In this document: positions 13,157-26,145 of the stretch, piece by piece
How positions within the stretch are numbered: position 1 is the stretch's first letter
How the letters are laid out: every line of letters begins with the position of its first letter
Made by a program: the position numbers and the translations under genes
Assembly (NCBI RefSeq): GCF_009914755.1
Contig: NC_060929.1
Direction: 5' to 3' (one strand)
Source of the DNA: the human T2T-CHM13v2.0 reference genome, Homo sapiens
DNA: 64,000 nucleotides
The notes under the pieces: generated by a model
What the model saw: the letters and a program-made list of their open reading frames with translations, nothing else
The model's database searches: none
Told to the model about the DNA's origin: nothing

Positions 13157-13234
13157 AATGCTAACCAATACTAGACTGTGCCATAACTGGAATCCCCAAA
13201 AATCTGGGATGTAGAAATATATATGACAGTGTTT

Positions 13235-13420
13235 ATAAAGAGCTTTCACATGACTTTATTTGATCCCCACTTACTTTGGGAGATGTGCAAAGCAGTATTT
13301 TTATCTGTATTTTAAAGATGAGGAAATTGAGGCTTGAGAGAAGCTAAATGACTCACCTAACCCTCAGCTTAGTAAGTGGTTCTTAGCAAGCCATAACCGT
13401 GGTCTTCTGACCCCTGTACC
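13235..13420 (-). mobile_element. MIR SINE
   Basis: attttaaagatgaggaaattgaggcttgagagaagctaaatgactcacc. Confidence 0.7.
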
Positions 13421-13525
13421 AAAGCCTTTCATGTAGCCTTAACCCCCATCTTCTGACCCCCATACCAAAGCCTTCCTGAAGGGCTCACAGAGCCCAAGAG
13501 AGGTACGTTGTTGCCACTCTTCCTC

Positions 13526-13814
13526 TTTTTAAGAGACAGAATCTTGCTCTGTTGTCCAGGCTGGAATGCAGTGGTGCAGTCTGAGCTCACTGCAGCCTCA
13601 AACTCCTGGGCCCAAGTGATCCTGCCACCTAAGCCTCCCAAGTAGCTAGGACTACAGGCACAAGCCACCATGCCCAGCTAATTTTTAAAATTTTTTATAG
13701 AGACGTGATCTTGCTGTGTTGCTCAGGCTGATCTCAAACTCCTGGCATCAAGTGATCCTCCTGCTTTGGCCTCCCAAAGTGCTAGGATTATAGTTACAAG
13801 CCTCTGTACCTAGC
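13526..13814 (-). mobile_element. AluJ
   Basis: Dimeric Alu with J-type ctgcagcctcaaactcctggg. Confidence 0.9.
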
Positions 13815-13891
13815 GAGAGATACTTTTCTGATGGGTCTGCCAGGAAGCAAGGGTGGAGAAGGGAAGCATTGCCTCAAACAACAATATAGAG

Positions 13892-14096
13892 CAGAGGTGT
13901 TCAATCTTTTGGTTTCCCTGGGCCACATTGGAAGAAGAATTGTCTTAGGCTACACATAAAACACTAACAATGGCTGATGAGCTTAAAAAAATTACAAAAA
14001 AACTCATTTTAAGAAAGTTTACAAATTTGTGTTCGGCCGCATTCAAAGCCATTCTAGGCCACATGCAGCCCATGGGCCATGGGTTGGACAAGCTTG
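13892..14096 (+). mobile_element. MER30 hAT MITE
   Basis: cagaggtgttcaatcttttgg...ctgggccacattggaagaagaattgtctt...gggttggacaagcttg. Confidence 0.8.
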
Positions 14097-15049
14097 ATAG
14101 AGAAGCAGAGTCTCAGAAAATGAGTCATGACTGAGGTAGAAGATCAAGGAATTAAATTCTAGTGCTCACCCTAAGGAAAAATGAATACTTATCAACTGGA
14201 GAAACTTTTTTTTAAGGCTTCATTCTAAAGAGCATGGAAAATAAAACCTCACTCTCCCCTGTCCCAAAATAAGTATTTGTGGTAGATAATGTATACTATT
14301 TTAGGGACTTTACAAACTTTATAAACTACAAGGCTGAGAGCTAAGAAGCCCAATTGGCTCTGCAACTCTTTTACTTAACATAATTATAATGAACGTTGAG
14401 TCAAAGGCAATTTAGTACAGTGTGTACTGCACTTGGTATATTTCTAAACATGGGAATTAAGGCCAAGGAGGGAAGGCCATTACTTGGCCCGAATATTGAA
14501 AACTTTCTTTGTAATTGCACTCTGCTGTAGGTCATCATTTTTTAGTTTAAAAACTGTTTCAACCATATTTTCATGCTTCAGTAGGACTATGATAAATATC
14601 ATTGTATGTATTAACAGTGTCTGTCAACACGAAAAGGAAGAATGGATCCAAAACTCTCCATCTAGCTCTTAATTCAATCAAACTGAAATTGCTCCATTTA
14701 AAAAATAAATGTGTTTTCTTTTAGTTCTTACTTATAGCAGATAGTGATGGGAGACAGTAGGCAGTACCAATAGTACCTGTTTTTTGGTTGCCAGATCTCC
14801 TGTGATGGGCAGGGCTCACAACCAGAATGCCAATCTTCTTGTGGTTCACCAAAAGAAGGAGTGTCAGTGATGGAGGTGGAAGCCTGTACTCCATTTCATA
14901 ATAATCTGTGGTTGAGAGAGATTAGGAAATTCCTCATTCATTAGAAGCCTCACCTATTACAACTAATAACATTTTGTAATGATTCCATGCCCGTTTGAGA
15001 ACTAGAAATCCTGTTTATGATTATTGATTATTGCATATGAAGATTATAA

Positions 15050-15200
15050 CACAAAGAAATGATACATGTTGGATGTCATATTCTAAATACCCTGATTTGA
15101 TCATTACACATTGTATGCATATATTGAAATATCATATCTACCCCATGAATATGTAAAATTACTATGTACCAATAAAAATACATTTTTTAAACTGCAAAAA
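15050..15200 (+). mobile_element. Short L1MA 3'-end insertion
   Basis: ccctgatttgatcattacacattgtat...aataaaa plus A tail; TSD aagattataa (15040-15049 / 15201-15210). Confidence 0.85.
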
Positions 15201-16081
15201 AAGATTATAAAGAAGTTTTTGTATTTAGAAACATGTGCACATATATTCACCTCTATAAACCTAAGATGATGGCAGAGAGGGCATAGATAAAAATATTAAA
15301 CCCAAGTTGAAAGTTAAGCTGGCATTCAGAAGACAATGATCTGCAGTATTGAGATAGACTGTCTACTACATGCAGAGGCCTGGAGTTCAGAACAGGAGGC
15401 TGAGGTAAGAAAGATACCCATGCTCAGTCCAAAAGCTGACAAATATAGTACACACTCCATACTATCACTGTCCAATGTCACAGTGACACCCAACTGAGTG
15501 GGTAAAAAGCTTCCAGCAAGGCCCACCAAGCTGAAGTGCTTTCCTAGTCTGCTCCCATCAAGAGTTCTGTGGAGGACAGCCCTACTGCTCTCCAGTACAA
15601 CTTGACCAGAACAAAGGCTCAGAACAACTTAGACCCCACCTGCCACCAGTAGGGAATTCTCTCCTTCTCCAGCCAGGAGAGGCAGCCAGCTTGGTTAGAG
15701 CAAAGAGTTGGTCTTATGCTCTATTCTTCCCCTTTCCCTTTCTTGTATCCCATGGAGCTGAATGAAGAGCTAGAAAACAGCTCTGTTCTTATTTCAGGTA
15801 ATTTTTCCCCTTCCTCCTGCCACATACCCAAGAGAATAAGCTCCTTTCCTCCCTATTGCCTTGGAACAGTTCCTTACACATCACTGATTCTTAATGAATT
15901 GTGTTAAAATGAATCTGTAATCAACTTTGCTATGCTCATGGGTCTGTTTACCACAACGATACTGACAACGAAGGGTAGTTTTGTGGTTGCTTTTCCATTT
16001 ATGTGTCTACCTGGTTTTGCTTTAAAGATGAGGAAAAAATTATTTCTTGCCTCTTCTAGCTGAAGCCCTGAGTACTGATTA

Positions 16082-16219
<138 letters not shown>

Positions 16220-16914
16220 TTATTTGGCCTTTGGGAAATGTCTATCCCAGGTAATAGTGGCCAGTTTCTTGAGAGATTACCAAAGGCTGAGTCAATAAAA
16301 TCCCTCAAAAAATTACAAATGTATTTATACAAGAAAGCAAATGAAAGCATCCAGGAAAAAAATGTTCACAAACACAAATTCAAAAACATACAAATTAAAG
16401 CAAATTTGAGGTGCCACTTACAACTAAAGAAACATCATAACATGATAATATATACTAATGTGTTTGTAGTGAATCTGACTTATTTCTACAACAGCTTAGG
16501 AAGTGATATGACAATACTAATGAATGTCTACTGACAGTATTTCAGGGAGCGCAACTCCGCAATGTAAATGGTGGCCCTGTAAACAAAAGTGTTTTTATCC
16601 AATAATCTTTGCTCCTGGAATTTTTTCTGAACCTCAAAGGGCACATAGAACAGGAGATTAAAGTTCATGGCATGCTCAAAAACAATTGAGTTCTTCACCA
16701 GCAATCCTCAAAAAAGAAAATCCTAAAGGTTGTTCTTGAGAATAGAAATACATTAAATTCAGAAAGAATGGCTTAGATATAACAATAAATAAAGAAAAAA
16801 GAAAATGGCTAATATATGGGTAAAACTTACTAAGTATTGACCCTAACTAGCAATAATTTCTTATGTGGATTTTTTAGAAAGTAAGAATTAAATCAATGAC
16901 TAAAATATAAATTT

Positions 16915-17240
16915 GACTGGGCATGATGGCTCATGCCTGTAATCCCAGCTACTTAGGAGGCTGAGGTGGGAGGATCACTTGAGGCCAGGAATTCAAGGCC
17001 AGCCTGGGCAATATAACAAGACCCTATCTCTACGAGAAAGTTAAAAAAAAAAAAAGGAAAGAAAGAAAAAAAATTGAGCCAGGCATGGTGGCTTGTGCCT
17101 ATAGTTCTAGCTACTGAGGAGGCTAAGGCAGGGGGATTTCTTGAGCCTAGGAGATCAAGGCTGTAGTGAGCTATGATTGAGCCACTGTACTCCATCTTGG
17201 GCAACAGAGTGAAACCTGTCTCTAGGGGGAGGAAAAAAAG
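16915..17240 (+). mobile_element. AluJ
   Basis: Dimeric Alu; gaggatcacttgaggccagg and ggctgtagtgagctatga. Confidence 0.9.
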
Positions 17241-17439
17241 GATATCTTCCAAATTAAGAGAAGGAAAAAGGTAAAAAATTCTCAAGCAATCTCCAAAAAG
17301 GAAATATGGAAGGAACAAACAAAATACAAAATTGTAATTACACTAAAGCCATATGGGTCATATCCTCCAGTTAAAAGAAAAAAGAATGCTTGTTTAGAAA
17401 AACAAAAAAAAACCCAACCATATGTTGTTTAACAAGAGA

Positions 17440-17750
17440 TAAATCTAGATAATATGAATATGAATACATCTAAATATAAATATTTAGATACATCTAAATA
17501 ATATAAATATATTTATATTATTTATATATTAAATCTATATATTATACATCTAAATAACATAATTTAGATACATCTAAATAATATTTATATTATTTTATTA
17601 TATAGATTTATTTATATAAATTTATATATTTATAAAATTATATATATTTTAATATATAAAATATATAATTATATATAAATATATATAATTATATATATAA
17701 TAAAAATACATAAAATGATTATATTTAGATACATCTAAATAATATTAATG
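17440..17750. repeat. AT-rich low-complexity tract with recurring palindrome
   Basis: Almost entirely A/T; atttagatacatctaaata repeated three times. Confidence 0.9.
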
Positions 17751-17949
17751 ATAAATAGTTGAGATTAAAATGATGAAAGAGTATACCTGATAAAAGTATA
17801 AAGAAAAGAAGACTGGTGTGGTCTATATTAATATCAGACAAAAGAAACTTTCAGGCATAAAGCATTACTTAAAAATAAAGTTGCTCTTGAATGATAAAAG
17901 GTTTAAGGGAGAGATAAAATAACTTAAGATTTGCATGCATTTAATAGCA

Positions 17950-18605
17950 TGTATGATAGAGGAAATGAAATCAGTATTTCCAAGAGATATCTGCACTCTC
18001 ATGTTCATTGCAGCTAATAGCCAAGATATGAAAAAGACCTAAGTGTCCATTGACAATGAATGGATAAAGAAATTGTGTTGTATATGTATATACAATGAAA
18101 TATTATTTCACCTTAAAAAGGAAGCAAATCCTGCCATTTGCGACAACATGGATGAACCTGAGGGTGTTAGGCTAAGTGAATTAAGTAAGACAAAGAAAGG
18201 CAAATACTGTATGATTTCACTTATATGCAGAATCTAAAAAAAGCTAAACTCATAGAAATGGATCATAGAATAGTGGTTGCCAGGGGCTGGGGGGTGGGGG
18301 AGATGGGGAAATAATGGTTAAAGGGTACAAACTTTCAGTTTTAAGTTCTGGGGATCTAATGTACAGCATAGTGACTATAACAATACTGTGTTGTACACTT
18401 GAATTTTGCTAAAAGAGTAGCTCTTAAATGTTATACAAAAAAAATAACTAGGTGAAGAGATAGCTAGCTAACTTGATTGCAATAATTATCTTGCAATATA
18501 TACACATATTAAATCATCACACTGTACACCTAACAGTAATACAATTTTGTCAGTTACACCTAAATAAAGCTGGAAAATAAAAAAACCTCCCATAAAAAAG
18601 AAAAT
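17950..18605 (+). mobile_element. L1MA-type 3' fragment
   Basis: gagatatctgcactctcatgttcattgcag...gggtacaaactttcagtt...aataaagctggaaaa; TSD-like aagatttgcatgcatttaata / aaaatttacatgcatttatta. Confidence 0.85.
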
Positions 18606-20278
18606 AGATAAAAAATTTACATGCATTTATTATACAGTCTCACAATATATAAAGGAAAGTTGACAGACCTACCAGGAGAAACAGACAAGTCTAAAATCAT
18701 AGTAACAAATTTTAACAGGTCTGTGTAATTGAAAGAAAGAGCAAAATACTACAACGAAGCATGCAAAAAAGAAAACACTAGTGGGGTTATGTTTTTTCTT
18801 GTTAAAGTTTCCCCTGAAATTTAAATGTATAATTAGAATCAAACCAGAAACGGTATCCGAGGTGAGGCTTCCATGTTGTCATGTCTTGGGGTCTCTGCAG
18901 GCTGAGGTTGCCTGTCCGTTCCTACACACCTCAGCGTCTGTAAGTGATTATGAGCAGCACAGGGGAAGGAAAGAACGTGTGGATCAGGTGTTAACAGCAT
19001 TTTTTCCAAATATTCTCCATTCTGCTTTTCCTAATAACTTTGGTTTTGGAAAGTCCCTTGTGCTAAAGTAATCCAAGCTGCCTCTCCCAAGAGTGTACTG
19101 TGGCCTGACCGTAGGCTCTGCCCACCTTGATCCTGATTCCAAGAGGGAAATGACCCCGAAAGGAGCTGGAATCTAAGGTCTGGCATCCGGTCCTGTGGTG
19201 GAGACAAACACTTTCAAAGATGTAAAAAAATCCCACTTGTTCTAAGTCACTTTGCTTCCTGCCTGGGACATGAAAAGGGGGCCTTGTTCTTTGTGAGGGA
19301 GTGTGCAGCTAATTCTGGTATGACGTAAAGGCACTTTATATTATTGTCTGTGCAAAATGAACTGTCACCTCCCAACTTATTACACAGCAGTCTTACAGTT
19401 TTGCTTAGCATCTGAGGCACACACCCAGAGGCCAGAATAGTCCACCAGAGACTGAACTAATACTGCAGTGTGGAAGACAGCCACACCAAGATGAAAGATG
19501 CTTTCCTGTGCCGAGTGAGGTGATGGAAAAATAAAAAGCCAGACAAGAATGTGCACAAAAGTGATGTACAAAAGGGCACCTCTTCTCCAACATGGTTCAG
19601 TACTTAGGGCTTGCTTTTGCAAAGTTTCCTTCATACAAACTGCTTCCAAAACCACTTTACAGTTAAAAGCTTTGGATGGCCATTTGTTAGCACGCAGTAA
19701 TAAATCACAGTTGAGGCAGAGGGCAAAAATTACATTTAGATGACACTGCTGTCAGCTGTCTGTGGGGTGGGGACAGGTTTAAGACTTGGTGGTGAGGCAC
19801 AAGGGCACTGATCTAGGGAGTGGACTTCACTCTCACAGGCTCTTATGTGAATGTGATAAGCCAGGATAACCCCTTAGAGCAGTAACCGGAAAGATTGGCC
19901 TCACTATTTCTCACTATTCCCCCACTTCTCTGAACCCACTGCCCATCCAATTTGCACAGTGGAGATGCCAAACCACACACAAATTGCCACCCATCAGTCA
20001 TTTTTAAGTATAAATAAGTTGAGGGTGAAAGTTCGAAGATACACATGATACAAAATTTGGGAGAAGAAATTTGACTAAATGCAGCCAGGGCCCATGCTCA
20101 CTCTCAAGCCACTTTCAGGTCCCACCAAGAGGTGTTCAAACAGTGAACCTCTGTAAAAATAGGGCTTCTTCTGGTAGCTGAAGTAGAAATGGAATGATTT
20201 TATAAGGTATCAAACAAAAATGTTCCCAGTTTCTTTACTTTGTTAAGAGCAAGCAATTTTCTCTTCAGTGATTGTGTG

Positions 20279-20297
20279 GCAACAGTAGATGGCGATG
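20279..20297 (+). promoter_or_regulatory. Candidate CTCF binding motif
   Basis: gcaacagtagatggcgatg fits core CASYAGRKGGCR; CpG retained. Confidence 0.5.
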
Positions 20298-20520
20298 TTG
20301 CCCTTGTTTTTGAGGAAACTGCTGTTGGAAGCGGGTGAACTGTGGCAAACATTGAAAATTCGGGGCTGAAATGTTGATTCTGTTGTGTTAGCAATGTAGT
20401 GTTGAGGCTGTTTGGCCTGAGTAGGTGTGGGGAAGGAGCGGATGCTAATCCAAGGCCATTTGCTCTGGCCCACCAATATACTCATCTGAGGAGGCAGGCA
20501 GGCACTGACAAGAATCTATC

Positions 20521-20677
20521 AAATTATCAGTTTTTATCCAAGTATTTGTTTGAAAGAAATGGTAGACAAATTGCAGTTTTTATCCAAGTATTTGTTTGAA
20601 AGATTTCAAAGATATGTTTGAAAAATTATCAGTTTTTATCCAAGTATTTGTTTGAAAGAAATGGTAGAGAAATTGCA
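20521..20677. repeat. Complex local repeat: three identical 30-bp units with unequal spacers
   Basis: cagtttttatccaagtatttgtttgaaaga at 20528-20557, 20574-20603 and 20630-20659. Confidence 0.95.
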
Positions 20678-20739
20678 AAGTTAATACACTTTAACAACAG
20701 CAAGTCTCAGGAACTAATCATGAAAAAGCAATGGCAATA

Positions 20740-20960
20740 ATATTATAGATACATGATCAAGTGTCACTGTGAGCCAGGCACTGTGCCAAGTACTTTGTAT
20801 GGCTGCTACTACTTAATTCTTAGAGAAACCTGTGAGACAGGTATCAATACCCCCATTTTACAGATGACGTCACTGACTTTCAGGAAGTTTAAATTCTTTT
20901 CCTGAGGTTCCAGTTAGTCAGTGGGTTGGCCAGAAATCAATTTCGAGCCTGCTTGGCTCC
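20740..20960 (-). mobile_element. MIR SINE
   Basis: gccaggcactgtgccaagtacttt...ccccattttacagatga. Confidence 0.75.
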
Positions 20961-21949
20961 TCGAAATATAAAATTTTTCGCTTTTCTAAAGCCAGTCAAG
21001 ATAAAGACAAGTTTAGTTTTCAGAATGAACCTTCAAAATCTACACGAGATATATAAATTTAAGAAATGGGGAAGAAGGAAGCCTTCTAGGGTCAGAGGAA
21101 ATACCTTTTTCTTTTTAGAGCTTCCTTTATCTTACCCCAAATAATCAGATCAAGTGTGTGCATGTGTGTGATTTTAAAATATGGCATATGGATTCCAAAG
21201 GTCTGCTTACCTGTTAGTAACATTATTGCAAATTCAAAAGAGCTTTCAGGCATAAAAACTAGTTTTCATAAACTTTCATCTCATAAATCAATAAAAGTTT
21301 TTCTTAGCTATTCTACCCTTAAGTTAATGTCACAGAAATAGTTTTCCCATAGTGACACTAGGCAATAATTTTTTTTATTGGCAAATTGTTATTTATTTTA
21401 TGTCCATAACAACGTATGGCATTAGAAACTATCAGGATTCCCTTCCACTGGGAGGTCATGGGTGACGGTGGATAAACTCATATCCAGAACCAGTACAAGG
21501 AAACTTACCCAGTCTCTGCAGTACAGAATGTATGTGCCCTATCAAGGACTACTCAGTAGAGCCAATCAAATCCTTCTAAATTATCAATAGGACAGAAATA
21601 ATTCCCTGAGTATATACTTGTGAAGTTATACTTCAGATAAGCTCAACAATCAAAGGATAAAAAAGTCCTTTAAAAGTTGTTTTTGAAATATCTTGACTTT
21701 GACAACTTAGGTTTGATGAATTGGAGACACAGAAAAAGTCTACAAACATCTTTTCTTTGAGAACTTAGATATAAACTGGAGAGGCTGCAAATTTTTCCCA
21801 GGTAAAGTTTGCATGTGCCTTTTAATCTTAAGTCCAGGCCAACCAAACTGCTCCACATCTCCTTTAATTCATTTCAGGATTGTGAGTCTTTACGAGAAAA
21901 CACAGGACAAACTTAGGTGAATAAAATCCCAAATCTGACACATGAGCCC

Positions 21950-22480
21950 AGGCCTATCCCTCAGCTTTTCAAGGTCTGGAACAAGAGTTATAAATGGAGG
22001 CCCTGTATAATAATTTATCATTTTAAAGTAAGAAGTCAAGCTAAAAACTGTTGAATGAAATATGTTCTATCCTCCTAAGTTGAAAAATATGCCTTCCTGA
22101 TGGCCTGGGAAGAATGTGGGTCCCCAGAACCCTCAAGGTTCTACCCCACAGCATGAACACGCAGGAAGAACTGCCTCCCAGCTGCCCAAGAGGTCTTACA
22201 TGCATGTGTGCAGACACCCAGGCCATATGTCCAGGCTCTGTCCATGCCCCTCACAAATGAGTGCCCCCTGCCTCCTACCCCTTGGCCCTTGGGATGTACA
22301 TACTAACACTGTGATTTGCCTGCTGGAGGAAGGGCCTAGGGAGGAAGCTGGCTGTGGGGTCACTGGAGTGAGAAACTGTGGGGATCATGTTTGAGATGGG
22401 GAGTGGGGTGAGGGCTCCAGGTGGTTATGTTCCCTTGAGCCTGCAGACTTTCCACTCTATGGAAAAGGAGACAGCAGGGG
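21950..22480. mobile_element. MER115-like hAT-Tip100 remnant (tentative)
   Basis: caagagttataaatggaggccc...caagctaaaaactgttgaatgaaatatgttctatcctcct resembles MER115. Confidence 0.45.
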
Positions 22481-25400
22481 ACGGCCAGGGCAAAGTATAC
22501 AACACACAGGGCCTGGCTGGGGATCTCCTTGTTTTCTTGAGAGACTTTCTTTCTCTTGATCAGAAGTATAGAAGTTCAGCTTTCTCTATAGAAAAGGAGG
22601 TCACAAGAGGTGGTAGATGGAAAAACAAGGAAGGCAGGCAAGGAGAGGAGTTAAGAGAACATCTCTCAGCAGAGGCGGAGGGGTGGGAGAAGGTAATGGT
22701 AGGGCATGGCTCAGACCAAGGAGACCAGGGATGAACCAAGTGGCCTGGAGAGCATCACCCCTGAACTGTGGGCTCAGCATTTTAGAAGTTGGAAAGGTAT
22801 GTGTATTTTTTAGAAAGATTGTTATTAAAATAAAACAAAACCCCAGAGTCACAAGAGTTAACATTTTGGTTATTGGAAGCATGAAAATCATGCTGCTATG
22901 ATTGTGGTGAGGGACAGAGGCATTCTGTGGAGGGGGTTACAGGGAGGTTCCCTCAGTTACGTATAGAGGAAAGAAAGTCAGGAGCTGCCTGGGAACCACA
23001 GAGTGAGGCTCTGTGTCTCAACCACTTGGCTGGACCCAAGACACCTCTGGTCTTGTTTCCACTCATAATCAGGAGTCCATTGCCCCTTCACTCTTAGGTC
23101 TCAGCGTCTTTGCTCCGCCATGTTCCCCCTCGACTTCTAAGTTTGGCTCAGGTGCAAACCTTTCCAAGGAGACTGGTTGGATTGAAACCATGAAACCCAC
23201 TATTGGGACACACAGTTTTGTCAGGCTCCGCCTAGCACCCTGGTCCAGAGGAAGGCTCTCAGTTGTGGTACTGAGCAATTCAAATTTACTTTGACCAGGG
23301 CAACCAGCCCCCCCGCCCCGACACGTGCCTGACCCAATTCCTAGGCCCAGCTCCTTGTCTGAGTTTGGCCACACACAGCAATCCGGGCTGGTCCAGACTT
23401 CAGACTAGTAAGTCCTGAAGGTCAGTGGTTGACTGATTTTCTAAATAAGACAAACCTCACCCACATGCCTTTTAAAACTCAGCAGAAGGCAAACACACGC
23501 AAAGAAAGGGACAGAGCAGCAGGGGAGCGTCACTGTGGCCGGGCTCTCGACAGGGCTCTGCTTCAGTTTCCTGCTCTGTGAAATGAAAGGTTTGCATTCG
23601 ATGGTCTACAGGTCTTTTCAGAGAATACATGTCCATGATTAGATGTCATGTCACACGCTGTAGAGTCCTCTTACCGAGTGAACACTGAGTGTGTGCTGAT
23701 GTTTTTGTAGCACCATTCCCACGGAGTAACAGCCGGCTCCATTTTCATAACCCCTTGGAGTGAGGCGTCACCTCCCTGTCCTCTTTCCTCTAAGAACTCA
23801 GTTGTGTGCCAGACCTCAGGAGGTCGTTTTCAAACCCCACGGCTCGGAGAGAACACAGGCCCTTGGTGTCCACAGTGTTGAGGGAACCGGGCAGGGGCTC
23901 TGCCAGGAGCCACGCTGTTGATCCTGGCAGGGTTTCTGCCCTGATGTGGACAGCGCATGGGAGATCAACCTCCCCTCACTCTCACTCCCCATTCCCACTC
24001 CCCTGCTGGGTAGGAAGGCCTGGGTTTCCGAGACTCCCAGTAGGAGCCAAGCAGCTTGACTCAGGCCAAGGGTTTGTGGCCTGGGCCCGTTGCCTCCTGA
24101 GCCAGCTTTAATGCGCTCAGATGAGCTCGTGCCCACAAACCCGTGGCTGGAAGATGATTCAGGGCCAGATGCAATTAGACTGTGGGCCAGTCAGATCTTC
24201 CTGGAAACTGGAATATTGCAGGTCACACCTAGAGTGTGTGTCATATAAAACTAATGCAGCAGGAAGACATGCAAACTATTCACTGGGGTTCCCCCGCTCC
24301 CTCCACTGCTGTATCCTTGCCAGTTGGGCTGAGGCCACAGCCTGGCACTGTCCCTTAGGATAGGGAGGGGTGTCAAGAGGGATTTGGGAAACAAGGACAG
24401 CAAAGTCTGACTTTTAATCTCAAAGCCTTGGGTCGAGGTATTTTAGGAGATTGAGGCAACCAGCCCCAACTAGGACCCAACCTATCCACCACCCTCATTA
24501 GGTAAAGATTCTCTCAGGCTGGGGATTTAGGGAGGATAAGTTGTTAAGGAGAGAAAGAAAGTGAGAGAGTTAGAGTTGAGTGTGCATACAGTAGTGACTG
24601 AAAGGGAGGGGTACTCTGAACTGCAAGCCTATCCTTACATCTCCTGGGCTAGAGATTGGGAAGGAATAATAATATCTCCAATGGGTTTGGTGGTCCCAGA
24701 GCAAAGTGACCTTGTGACTGATTTCCAGAGTGCAGCCTTGAGAGGACATTCTATCCAGTGCGTACTTCATGAGGCAAATAGGCAAAGGGAAGTTCAAGGG
24801 ACTCCAGGAGGCTCAGCCCCAACTACCAAAGTGCCATGAGAAAACACCTGCAATTTTTGGTAGCCCTTTGATTAAGGTGTAGAAGGTAGCAGAAGGAGCC
24901 TGCAACTCCTGTGGCCATGGCTGGCAGGGAGGAAGGACCCAGAATAACCTGCATGGACCTGGTAACTGGAGGCCAGAGTCCCAGGACATGTAAGGCCATG
25001 TGAAGTATTAACTGGATGGTGGCAGCCAAGGGTAATGGTAGGAGGGTTGTAGCTGTTGCCGGGAATCAGCCAAGACAGCTGGAGGTAAGAAGTGGACCAC
25101 TCTCCTCTAGCATGCCACAGCCTGGGGTGTATGCTCCAGCTCTCCTCCATCTCCATGCTAGGGTGTTGGTGCTGAGTTTGCGGGGGTGATCTTGTGTCTA
25201 TATGTGCACAATCTTGTATTTGACCAAATTTAAACCTAAAACTTAACAAAAGTCATAAAAGTGGCTGACTGTATCTGGAAGTGACACGGTGAAATTCTTT
25301 ACATCTCACAGAATGGTGCTTCAAGATAAAAACTGAGTTACAGAAAACAATTTTTTTTGCATACCTGAGTGCACTTTTAACAGAAATTTTAACCATAGAA

Positions 25401-25989
25401 AGCACCATTGGCTTCTTTCAAACTGGTTTTTCTCCTCCTCATCAGAAAAATTATCTGAAACTTTGAAATAGAAGACATTACAGGATGTTCTCTTTCAGTG
25501 TAGTACTGAGTTTGCAACTTTGACTTTCCATTAACTGGTTAACTTGTAGATTTTTGTCTGGGAGAGACACAAAAAGTGTGTCCAATGGAAAAGGTAATGC
25601 CAAAGGTCTCAGTGTGTGGACCTGTAGGCCCATAACTCGTCTTGTATTGAATGAACAATTTGTTCCTAATGTTCCCTTACTAAATTACCTATAAATGTCT
25701 ATCTTCTCATGTGTTCTTTGAACCGTTCATAACATCTTACTGATTTCCTCATTAATTAGACTTGAAAAAGACCTTTGACATATGCTCATTTCATAACATT
25801 GTTTTATAAGTCTTAGAAAATTATACTTGAGTATCATTATAGTCTCAGACCTACTAACTCACATGGCATACATAAATCAATAATCTAATCTATCTTGTCC
25901 CTCTTAGTAGAATGTGTAAGTACTTGTCATTCTTTGTCCTTGATTGAAATCTCAAGAAAGGAAAAGCCTCACTTAATATCTTGTTTCCA

Positions 25990-26145
25990 GTCGTTATTAT
26001 TATAACCATTTTACCAATGAAGGAACGGAGGTTTAGAGAAGTAAGGTATCTTGCCCAAGCCTACACAGCTAGTGGGTAGCAGACGTAGAAGGATTCACAC
26101 TCCAAGCTTGTATGTGTCTCAAGTCTTTGCCTTCCTACTGCACCA
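25990..26145 (-). mobile_element. MIR SINE
   Basis: ccattttaccaatgaaggaacggaggtttagagaagtaagg...gcccaagcctacacagctag. Confidence 0.7.

Larger units (their letters stand above)
16690..18780 (+). mobile_element. Old L1M (ORF1 end / ORF2 start region), interrupted by AluJ, AT-rich expansion and an L1MA 3' fragment
   Basis: L1-like gactggtgtggtctatattaatatcagacaaa and aaaggaaagttgacagacctaccaggagaaacagacaag. Confidence 0.6.

Noticed and set aside
19380-19655. 91-aa hydrophobic ORF resembling a small membrane protein
   Set aside because: No recognisable family and no supporting promoter or splice context
20528-20659. CRISPR array (30-bp repeats with spacers)
   Set aside because: Primate DNA with no cas genes; only two spacers, of unequal length and made of local sequence
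24360-25210. Possible old LTR (GC-elevated block)
   Set aside because: Could not define termini, TSD or family by eye
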